Part shown: positions 10,050 through 19,745 of the stretch, piece by piece
Layout: each line of letters starts with the position of its first letter
Numbering within the stretch: the first letter of the stretch is position 1
Source: Albugo candida
Taxonomy: Eukaryota
Reading direction: 5' to 3'
Assembly: GCA_040437565.1 (NCBI GenBank)
Contig: JBDOQK010000052.1
Span: forward strand, 62,001 to 126,000
Length of the DNA stretch: 64,000 bases
The notes under the pieces: generated by a model
Seen by the model: the letters and a program-made list of their open reading frames with translations, nothing else
What the model was told of the DNA's origin: nothing
Database searches by the model: none
Translations under genes and position numbers: made by a program

Positions 10050-12431
10050 TGTGCTTCCACGACACAATCGACAAGCCAAATTGACACGAGGAACGCTTGG
10101 AGGTGGTAGGAGACGATTCTCATCGGGTACGGAGCTCTGTCTCTGCGTGAATACTCTGATATCGATTCAAGACGCTCTCCCGATTCAAAAGGTTGTCATG
10201 AAGGCTTCCACCCACTCGATCCCTACAGCACGTATTCCATCTCACTTGTCGTAAAGCTCTCTTCCATCATGTACCATGATTTCGCGGTCTGTTGGGAGAT
10301 ACAGAATCCTTACACTTACGCAGCCAACCGTTGGCTCTGAGTTGCGTCGTCTACAAACTTCAAATCAGTCAAAAGCGCAAAACAGTACAAATGTATCGCA
10401 CGTCTGAAAGTGTCGCCAAAAGGCTTTCGGAAGCGTCTGGATGTCTTTTGATTTGTTCAAGAACTTCAAAGTACTCGTCCGTTGTTCGTCGTGAAGCCGG
10501 ACTCAATCCATCCAGCAGATCGCCAACCTTTTGATCCAGCACGAGTCAATAAGCTGTAACAGAAGAGTTGCATCTCACCATATTCAATAAAGCGCATGCT
10601 GCTTCCACAACGTGTGGCATCAGTGTCTCCTGATTCTCTAGCATCATGGAGATAGACACATGCATGATGTTTTCCGTCAAAAGCTGACGCCGGAAGAGGT
10701 CGCCAATGAGAAGCACATTCGCGATCATGCATTGCTGTCGCCAAGAGTACTGAATCCGAGACGCTGCTTCCAACTTCGAGTCGATTGCATCAACTTGCTC
10801 GATACACTCTTCTTCAACCAAAGCTTCATAACATTTGGTCAAGAAAATACGTCGAAAATTGATCGTTCGAGGTCCTTGACGGAATTCTGGACTATTTTGC
10901 GATATGTATGTGCAGAGTTGGGCGAATCCTTCCCTTCACAATAGAATTCCATCAGAATCTCATCCTCAAAACATTCTTTTGTACCATTGAGTAGGCTCGG
11001 CAATCGCGCGATCAAACAATTCTCCGATCACACTTTCCAATGTCTCTATACAACTGATCGGAATCTCTTGGAAGCGCACAAAGAATGAATCTATATCGGA
11101 CACTTTGACTTCATCAAGGAGTCTAAAACATCACGGAAAGCAGCTTTGTCACCACACACGACTCTGTTACGTACTGTTGCATTCTTTTTCTGGCTAATTC
11201 GGATTCTTTGGCGAATGTGTCACAAATGGCTTCGGTATCGTCCTCCCGATCGAGCGATTTGGTATTCTTAAAGTGTTTGTCATTTCCAAAGCTCATGAAA
11301 GCTGCATATTCGGTCGGATTGAAAAAGCACGTCAAATTGGCTTCGTAGTGAGCGCCTGCAGCAATGGAGAACCCTCGATTTCGACGTCCCATCTTCTCTT
11401 TCCACATTCGACGTTTGCTACCGTCGTGATCTCCATACCGATAAACCGCTCCAATTGTCTCATTCCAATCGATTCCGACGGGAAGCATTGTGTACAAAGG
11501 CTGAAACTACAATTCGAGCCAAATGCAGCGATAGCCATTTGAAAATTAATCACCTCTATCTTCTTTTTTACCTGTAAAAGCTCTTTGATGGTGTAAATGA
11601 GCTTCCCGTTGTATCTGCAGCCCAATCTCTGCATTCTTTGTGTCATATTACGCGCATTTCCATCGAACTCATACGCTTACAGCTTCCGAGGACCGAAGCA
11701 GAGGCGGGAGGGAACATGGAACACGGTCACAAACGCTTTGAAACTACATATTGTCGAATGAATGCAACACCAAAATTGTTGCAGTTGAACTTTGACCTGT
11801 AATAAAAACTCGATCGAATATTTTATCGGATCGAGTGCCAAATCGCTTCTATTGCCACAAAAACGAGCCTCTCTGCTTTGCGCATTTGGCAAAGAGAAGG
11901 ATTCCGGTAGGATGAGTGTGGTGGCTTCGCGGGAATACGTCTCATTCATGGATTGTGTCACGCTTGTTGGGCTTATTTCGGCATCATTTTTCGGTCTCAC
12001 AGGGGAAAAGCTGGCAGGTGACCGAAATAATAGTAAGGTGANNNNNNNNNNNNNNNNNNNNNNNNNNNNNNNNNNNNNNNNNNNNNNNNNNNNNNNNNNN
12101 NNNNNNNNNNNNNNNNNNNNNNNNNNNNNNNNNNNNNNNNNGATCGAGTGCCAAATCGCTTCTATTGCCACAAAAACGAGCCTCTCTGCTTTGCGCATTT
12201 GGCAAAGAGAAGGATTCCGGTAGGATGAGTGTGGTGGCTTCGCGGGAATACGTCTCATTCATGGATTGTGTCACGCTTGTTGGGCTTATTTCGGCATCAT
12301 TTTTCGGTCTCACAGGGGAAAAGCTGGCAGGTGACCGAAATAATAGTAAGGTGATAGCTTTGAATAGGGTTGGAATGTGAATGTACACACCTTGGAACAA
12401 ATTCCCCGGCGTTTGGATTGAGTTTTGTCAT
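10050..12431 (-). CDS. eIF4G/PAIP1-like translation factor: PAM2 motif, two YxxxxLL eIF4E-binding motifs, MIF4G domain (multi-exon; 3' end approximate)
   Basis: Starts MTKLNPNAGEFVP at 12431. Spliced motifs KYSIEFLLQ/FQSVC and IYTIKELLQ/FQPLY. MIF4G segments IANVLLIGDLFRRQLLTENIMH, VEAACALLNMVG and LRANGW. The gap at 12042-12141 has a duplicated flank. Confidence 0.75.
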
Positions 12432-12568
12432 GCGTTCCTCGGACAATTTCGCGTGCTGTGTTTGCTGACTATATAGGTGGGTATAATGTGGTCACCTTAC
12501 TTGTATATTAGTGTGGCTTACATTATATATACTGTTCCCAGTAATTTGTGTGACGATTCTCGCTGAAT

Positions 12569-15500
12569 ATGGAGGGACGAAAAGTGATTACATCAGCGGA
12601 CGTGAAGCGTCTAATGGACATGGCATTACATATGCAGCGAGAGAATCAGACTAATCATCCAAAATACGCGCAGATTGTTACCTTACTCCGCCAGTATCAC
12701 CAGCAGCAGCAAACGTCTGCTTCTTCATCAACGTTATCGTCAACGGCGTCCACGTTGAGACACAATGTAAAGTCATTAACTAAAGAAAATCCCTCCATGG
12801 AAACAAATCCAGTGCTCTCCTCCCATTCAACGTCCACCGTCGTGATTCCTCGTTCACCTGTGGTTCAAAACGATGATCCGTCCGCTACAAAAGCGATCAA
12901 ACAAAATCCAAAGGAGATGAGTCTAATGAGGCGACTTGTACCAGATGCAACTCCTCTCAGTCCATCCCCTCATCTCTCCGCTTTAGAAGCGCAATGTTTT
13001 CCCATTTACTCGCGTCATGCTTCCAGTATATCTTCCTTACAAAACACACCACCGCATTCTGATAATTTACAAAATGATATCATGCATTTAGATCCTGTCA
13101 AACCCGATCCTCTCCAACAAACCAACTCCTCCGAATCCTTATCTAAATGCGTCAGCTCTTCCAAGAATTCTCGACACATTTCGGGCACGCGATGGCGAAA
13201 TCTACTGCGTCAATGTCACTTACGTCACAAGAACCATTCCAACTTTGCCGACTCCAAGCACCTGTACACCGCTGAACTCGAGGAATTCGCCAGAAAGAGC
13301 TTTCAAGCGCTGGATCCAGCCAAAGATCCATATCTTCGATGCATTTTGATCCAACGCAAACTTCGCCAACAAATGACGCAATTATACCTGGATCGACTCG
13401 ATCAAGTCGGAATCCCTTCAGTGTCCATCTACAATCATCGTTTTCTCCGTTCCTTCCGTGCCAAATACCACAAAAGAACCAATTCGGATGGATATAATGA
13501 TTCAGAGGGAAGCGAATTCGGATCTCAAAGCACATTAAACCTTCAAAAGAAGAAGCGATTCGCTCAGTATCAGGCGTACATGACGGCAATCATGGCGCAC
13601 ACTCGTAGTTTCTTCAGCTTCCACAAACAAGTCAAACTCCAGCTATCCAAATGTGCTCGTCACGCTAAAATCTTCGTGGAGCAGCGTATTTCCAAAGCCG
13701 AACGTGAAGAAGATCGCCAAGAAAGACTCCGATTAAAAGCTCTGAAAGCAAACGACATGGAAGCTTACATCAAACTCGTAGCGGAAGCCAAGAACGAACG
13801 CTTGTCGTACCTGTTGTCCCAAACGAATCAGTACTTGGACAGTATCCGCGAGCTCGTCGATCAGCATAAAGAGAAATTCCATTTGGTCGATCGGATGGCT
13901 TTAGAGACACAAAGCCCAGTGGAAGATGACACCAATACCGACATCAATTACATCGAAATCGCGTGCAGAAGTGAGCTTCCACGGCAACCGATGATGCTTG
14001 TGGGTGGCGATTTGAAGGAATATCAGCTTCGAGGCTTACAATGGATGGTATCTTTATACGACAATCATTTGAATGGAATCCTCGCTGATGAAATGGGTCT
14101 CGGGAAAACGATTCAGACGATCGCATTGTTGACGTACATCACTGAAATCCGACATAATCATGGTCCTTTCCTTGTTGTTGTACCGCTGTCCACGCTATCG
14201 AATTGGGTCATTGAGTTCAAGAAATGGGCTCCAAAGCTTTTGATTGTGGTGTACAAAGGTGCTCCATGTGTTCGTAAAGAGCTCTTCCGTCAGGAAATGG
14301 CTTCATGTCAATTCAACGTTCTTCTCACCACGTACGAGTATACGATGAAGGATAAACATGTCTTGCGCAAATATGAATGGCAGTATATCATTGTCGACGA
14401 AGGTCATCGGATGAAGAACGCTCAAAGTAAATTCGCAATGACATTGGGAACCATGTATCGTTCTCGAAATCGTCTTTTGCTGACGGGAACTCCGCTTCAG
14501 AACAGTCTTCCGGAGCTTTGGGCGCTGCTGAATTTTCTCCTTCCGACAATTTTCGAGTCGGTCGATACATTTGAGCAATGGTTTAGTAAGCCATTCTCGC
14601 AATTCTCGGGGACGGGGAACGATACACAGAACGATTTGTCCGATGAGGAACGAATGCTTATCATCAATCGGTTGCATCAAGTGTTGCGTCCGTTTTTGCT
14701 GCGTCGTGTGAAGGCTTCGGTGTTGGATCAATTACCGGAGAAAGTGGAACGTGTGCTGAAATGTGAGCTTTCCGGCTGGCAAAAGATTCTTTATCGTCGT
14801 ATTCAGCAAGGTGGTGCCATTCTACTGGAACAAGAAGGCAATGAGAAGACCAGCAAGGCGAAATACACGTTCAAAGGTCTTTCCAATGTGCTCATGCAAC
14901 TCCGTAAAGTGTGCAATCATCCGTACTTGTTCCAACCGCAAGGATACCCAATCGATTTTGATCTTGTTCGGTCGTCAGGAAAGTTTGAATTGCTTGATCG
15001 AATGCTTCCAAAGCTCAAAGCAGCTGGACATCGTGTCCTCATGTTCAGCCAAATGACGCAGCTCATGCACATTCTGGAAGACTACTTTCAGTACCGCGGC
15101 TTCACGTATCTTCGATTGGATGGATCCACGTCGGCCGATGAGCGAGAGCAACGAATGTTTATGTTCAACGCTTCGGATTCGCCTCATTTCATCTTTTTGT
15201 TGAGCACGCGAGCTGGAGGCTTGGGGCTGAATCTTGCTACTGCCGACACTGTGATTATATTTGACAGCGATTGGAATCCAGCAATGGACGCTCAGGCGCA
15301 AGATCGAGCTCATCGGATCGGACAAAAGAATGAAGTTCGTGTGTTTCGTCTTGTGACCAATAGCCCAGTTGAAGAGAAGATTCTTTCACGAGCAACCAAT
15401 AAGCTGAATATGAACAATTTGGTCGTAGAGGCTGGAAAGTTTAACAATCGATCCAAAGAAGCAGAACGTCGAGCGATGTTGGAAAGTCTTATTCGAATGG

Positions 15501-16471
15501 AAGCTGAGGAAGCTGCTGCGAATGCGAACGGAGATGGGAATACTGTTGATGAAGGGCTCTCTGTGTTGGAAGACGATGAGATCAATGAGTTGATGGCACT
15601 TACAGAAGAAGAATTGGCATTGTACCAGCGAATGGATCATGAGCGAGATCGATCGGATAAGGAATGGATCGAGCATCATCGACGTGGAAGCTTGATTCCC
15701 CAGCGATTGATGAGTGAGGAGGAGGTTCCGGAATGGCTCAAGGACGCAAATCAGCAACTTGAGAGTCAACAAGAGCTCGCATCAAACAAAGACGATTGGC
15801 GTTGGGTTCTTGATGACCAGCAATCTGGACGTAAACGGAAGGAGGTCGTGTCGTATCGTGAAGCTTTGACGGAATCGGAATTCATCAAGATATGTGAGAA
15901 TGGTGTGTCCAATGCTTCCGATCGACATGAAGGTGTGAAAAAGCACAAAAAAGCACCGCTAAAGACCGTTCGGCCTTCGTGTTTTGCCCCTCCTTCCTTG
16001 GATCAAGCAAGCAAAGACGCGCAAAAGACCCGAAAGACGTTGTGTTACTTCTATCGCAAAGTGTATGATGGAGTCTTGAAGCTGGTGGATGCTCGTGGTC
16101 ATCCCCGCTCGGCCTTGTTCATGGCCAAACCTTCAGCGATCGAGTATCCAGACTACTATCAAATCATCAAACATCCAATATCGCTGGGCGTCATCAAGGA
16201 GCGTATCGACGGCCATTTATACAGCGATCACGCGATGTTTGCTGACGATTTTCGCTTAATGGTTGAGAACGCTCAAGTGTACAATCCTTCAACGGCGTTG
16301 GTTGTTCAAGACGCATTGGCGATTGATCGATATATCCAGCGTCAGCTTCAGCAGATTCAAGCTAAATCTTTCTCACAGCTGACACAAGAGTACCAAGTCG
16401 CTCGTCAACAGCATCGTCAGCGTTCAAGAGCTCGAAAAGAGAAGAAACGAGCCAAATTGGAAGCGCAATAA
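12569..16471 (+). CDS. SNF2: SWI2/SNF2 chromatin-remodelling ATPase, BRM/SMARCA2/4/Sth1 type (HSA, ATPase, SnAC, bromodomain)
   Basis: 1300 aa single ORF with LKALKANDMEAY, GILADEMGLGKT, DEGH, LSTRAGGLGLN, QAQDRAHRIGQ and a C-terminal bromodomain (YPDYYQIIKHPI...NAQVYN). Confidence 0.95.
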   Translation: MEGRKVITSADVKRLMDMALHMQRENQTNHPKYAQIVTLLRQYHQQQQTSASSSTLSSTASTLRHNVKSLTKENPSMETNPVLSSHSTSTVVIPRSPVVQNDDPSATKAIKQNPKEMSLMRRLVPDATPLSPSPHLSALEAQCFPIYSRHASSISSLQNTPPHSDNLQNDIMHLDPVKPDPLQQTNSSESLSKCVSSSKNSRHISGTRWRNLLRQCHLRHKNHSNFADSKHLYTAELEEFARKSFQALDPAKDPYLRCILIQRKLRQQMTQLYLDRLDQVGIPSVSIYNHRFLRSFRAKYHKRTNSDGYNDSEGSEFGSQSTLNLQKKKRFAQYQAYMTAIMAHTRSFFSFHKQVKLQLSKCARHAKIFVEQRISKAEREEDRQERLRLKALKANDMEAYIKLVAEAKNERLSYLLSQTNQYLDSIRELVDQHKEKFHLVDRMALETQSPVEDDTNTDINYIEIACRSELPRQPMMLVGGDLKEYQLRGLQWMVSLYDNHLNGILADEMGLGKTIQTIALLTYITEIRHNHGPFLVVVPLSTLSNWVIEFKKWAPKLLIVVYKGAPCVRKELFRQEMASCQFNVLLTTYEYTMKDKHVLRKYEWQYIIVDEGHRMKNAQSKFAMTLGTMYRSRNRLLLTGTPLQNSLPELWALLNFLLPTIFESVDTFEQWFSKPFSQFSGTGNDTQNDLSDEERMLIINRLHQVLRPFLLRRVKASVLDQLPEKVERVLKCELSGWQKILYRRIQQGGAILLEQEGNEKTSKAKYTFKGLSNVLMQLRKVCNHPYLFQPQGYPIDFDLVRSSGKFELLDRMLPKLKAAGHRVLMFSQMTQLMHILEDYFQYRGFTYLRLDGSTSADEREQRMFMFNASDSPHFIFLLSTRAGGLGLNLATADTVIIFDSDWNPAMDAQAQDRAHRIGQKNEVRVFRLVTNSPVEEKILSRATNKLNMNNLVVEAGKFNNRSKEAERRAMLESLIRMEAEEAAANANGDGNTVDEGLSVLEDDEINELMALTEEELALYQRMDHERDRSDKEWIEHHRRGSLIPQRLMSEEEVPEWLKDANQQLESQQELASNKDDWRWVLDDQQSGRKRKEVVSYREALTESEFIKICENGVSNASDRHEGVKKHKKAPLKTVRPSCFAPPSLDQASKDAQKTRKTLCYFYRKVYDGVLKLVDARGHPRSALFMAKPSAIEYPDYYQIIKHPISLGVIKERIDGHLYSDHAMFADDFRLMVENAQVYNPSTALVVQDALAIDRYIQRQLQQIQAKSFSQLTQEYQVARQQHRQRSRARKEKKRAKLEAQ

Positions 16472-16483
16472 TAAGTATCTATT

Positions 16484-17513
16484 TCATGTAAAGTACCCCG
16501 CATCGATTACGTCAGCGGAAGATGAAGCAGAGCCTTGAACGTCGACAGATTGGGATCGATTAGCCTCTTTGAAGACCTTGTACGAGCGCTAGGGAACCCA
16601 TGAGATTTCATTCACAAGTAATCAATCAACATCATACCTGAAGATTCTCATCGACCTTCATGACCGCAGCGAGGTTTCCAAAGCGATGGCAATAGTTTGG
16701 CGCACTCCACACAGTTGAGAACGTCTCTCGAAATAATACTTGATATCCCTCCATACACAGCTGATGCGCTCGACTCATATGACGCAATCCATTCATATGT
16801 AAGAATTTCTCCACAATGTCGCCGCCAAAGATGTACCCGGCACCTCGTGGAGACTGAGTGAATTAGACGCAATGGATTGAGCGGGTGACACGTACCAAAT
16901 GGAATCCCGTGTTCTTTGGATCGGGATCGGACCACACGATATCGGCAAATGGTCCATCAGCTGGAATTTCCATGAATCGATGGATCATCCTCAATTGATC
17001 TAAATGGTGGATTGCAGGACTCAAACCTCCATGGAGGCAGAAGAGATGCTGATCTACAAGAGCTCCTAAAGGGAGGAAGTCGAACATGTCCATACACGCT
17101 TTGTACGGTCTCGGATCGCCGTCATATTTTTTGAGACATTCCATCTGGAAGCCATAAACGGCTGTGGTCTGACGTGATTCGTGATTCCCGCGCAAGAGAG
17201 TGACCGCAGAAGGGTACAGAACTTTGAAAATGCATAAAAGTGCGATAGTCTCCACACTCATTGCGCCACGATCGACAAAATCGCCAAGGAAGATATAGTG
17301 GGTCGATGGAACTGCGTCACTCAGCTTGAATAGCTCTAATAAATCGTAAAATTGGCCGTGGATATCGCCACAAATGGTCACAGGAGAACTTATGTGAACA
17401 ATGTTGTCGTCTTGAACCATAATATCTTTCACGCGGTCGCATAACGCGAGAAATGTCGCACAATCGAGCAATTCGCCGCGCTGCAATCGTTCGAGCTGTT
17501 TGGCGACGTGCAT
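16484..17513 (-). CDS. PP2A-family (PP2A/PP4/PP6-like) Ser/Thr phosphatase catalytic subunit, 3 exons
   Basis: GDIHGQ, GDFVDRG, RGNHE, HGGLSP, WSDP, SPRGAGY, RAHQL, WSAPNYC. The predicted last exon is RSYKVFKEAN...DAGYFT followed by TGA at 16484-16486. Confidence 0.9.
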
Positions 17514-17987
17514 GAGGAGTACCGGTACGGAACCGGTACGCCGCCACCGATACCTCAACGGATAACGAGATGATATCTGCTTGATGGCGTTATATAACGA
17601 TATTACNNNNNNNNNNNNNNNNNNNNNNNNNNNNNNNNNNNNNNNNNNNNNNNNNNNNNNNNNNNNNNNNNNNNNNNNNNNNNNNNNNNNNNNNNNNNNN
17701 NNNNNNCTGCTTGATGGCGTTATATAACGATATTACGATAGCGCTCCTGTAAAAACACATCAGCTCTCTTCCAAGCGTGAACGAAAATGTGGCTTTGGGG
17801 TCCATGTGCGGGTATGTCATGCACACAAACGTATCCATCCGATATGTCCACGATGCTGGAAACATACACTTCTTTTCAATCGCTGAATCGCTCCAGTATT
17901 GCCTTTTTTTTGAGATTGTAATTGTCCATAATCTCATTGCTCTCTTCTGTAGAAGTCGATGGATGTACTCCGTCCAGCCCTAATGAT

Positions 17988-19745
17988 ATGACACGGACGA
18001 GTGCAACACATCGCTTGGAAACGGATACAATGAGCGCTCTCCACAAACCGGGTATCTACTCGGCTCGTGTTCGCGCGACACAGGAACTCGTCGCCATTAA
18101 AATTCTTCCGAGTAAATTGCTTCGGACTCGTTCCTTTCGACGGAAATTGCGTCGTGAACTTGGAATTTTGAGCATATGTCGCCACCATCCAAACATTATG
18201 CGGTTGTATGGGGTCTATAAGCTCGGGGCACACGTACGTCAACGCCATATCGCCCCCCATCTAATATTTCATTTGATAGACTGCCATCGTATTCGAACTC
18301 GCAGCCGGAGGGAATGTGCTGCATCAAGGTCATCATTGTCTTCGTCGACGAGCTCGGAGTCTCGAGAGTCTTCGGGTTGAACCCACGCCACAAAACGAAC
18401 TTGCAAGTCGCCACAGCATTAGTACCGAATTTGTGTCGGGTCTTTCCATTTTGTGCCGATATACTGAACGTCATGTGAGCGGTATTATCGGCTCCATCGC
18501 ATCGGCTTTGATGTATTTGCATGATCGAAAGCTTTTTCACGGAGACGTACGACCACATCACATTTTGTACTCTACCGCTGAAACGGATGCACGTGTCTTT
18601 CTTGCGAATTTCGGACGCTCCAGTACTTGGGCATCGCTTCTTCGTTCTTCCATCGCTTCTTTTGGTTGGAACAATCGTTTTGATTTGCGATTTCTTCCAC
18701 CATTTCTGATCCAACAACTTGAAGAAAGCGGCAAAAGGCATCCCGTCCGACCGGAACAAGCCATTCAAGTTGATGTCTGGGCACTCGGCGTGACGATGTA
18801 TGTGCTTTTATACGCTGGATTCCCATATAACGGGGCCACGGAACGTGAGCTGTGCCATCGAATCCTACATGATCGATTGGTTTTCCCGCCAGATTCCAGT
18901 CGTGCTGCGCGTGATCTGTTACAACGGATGTTGGAGAAGGATCCTGAGGTTGGAATAACAATGGCTCAAGTCACTCAGCATCCATGGATCCAGTCTCATG
19001 TGTCCTCAAATCGCGTTTGGGCATTAGATAAGCCGTTCGGCTTTGCTGAAAGGTACTATTCGGAGCTGAATTGTCGCCGCACGCGCGTTCACGACATAAT
19101 CGATCTCATGGACATTTTGCTACCAGTATGCGAGCGTGCATCGGCAGAAGAATATCGACCTTCGACCGTGTCCACTGACGGCCATCCGGTGGTGCCGAAG
19201 GCACCTCTGAGCGCGGATGCGTACATGCGGCAGGCCAGTGCGACTTTGGATGAAATAAGAAGCCAAGTACATGAGCAAGACGTCCTTCCGGAACCTTCCA
19301 TCTCNNNNNNNNNNNNNNNNNNNNNNNNNNNNNNNNNNNNNNNNNNNNNNNNNNNNNNNNNNNNNNNNNNNNNNNNNNNNNNNNNNNNNNNNNNNNNNNN
19401 NNNNGCTTTGCTGAAAGGTACTATTCGGAGCTGAATTGTCGCCGCACGCGCGTTCACGACATAATCGATCTCATGGACATTTTGCTACCAGTATGCGAGC
19501 GTGCATCGGCAGAAGAATATCGACCTTCGACCGTGTCCACTGACGGCCATCCGGTGGTGCCGAAGGCACCTCTGAGCGCGGATGCGTACATGCGGCAGGC
19601 CAGTGCGACTTTGGATGAAATAAGAAGCCAAGTACATGAGCAAGACGTCCTTCCGGAACCTTCCATCTCGACTGATTCACGACGACTCCTCTTCATCCGC
19701 CGCCATTTTCGCTCGTTTATGAGTCCGACCATGCAGCCTTCTTAG
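17988..19745 (+). CDS. CAMK-like protein kinase fold, probable pseudokinase
   Basis: VAIK, HPNIMRL, intron 18234-18279, FELAAGG, HGDVRPHHIL, ANFG, DVWALGV, MLEKDP, HPWI. The gap at 19305-19404 has a duplicated flank; stop at 19743-19745. Confidence 0.85.

Noticed and set aside
11828-12353. Direct repeat in the eIF4G-like gene
   Set aside because: Same gap-flanking overlap artefact. It does not create the second 4E-binding motif, which differs in sequence and lies outside the duplicated part.
19040-19668. Duplicated kinase C-terminus
   Set aside because: Exact copy across an N gap; assembly artefact.
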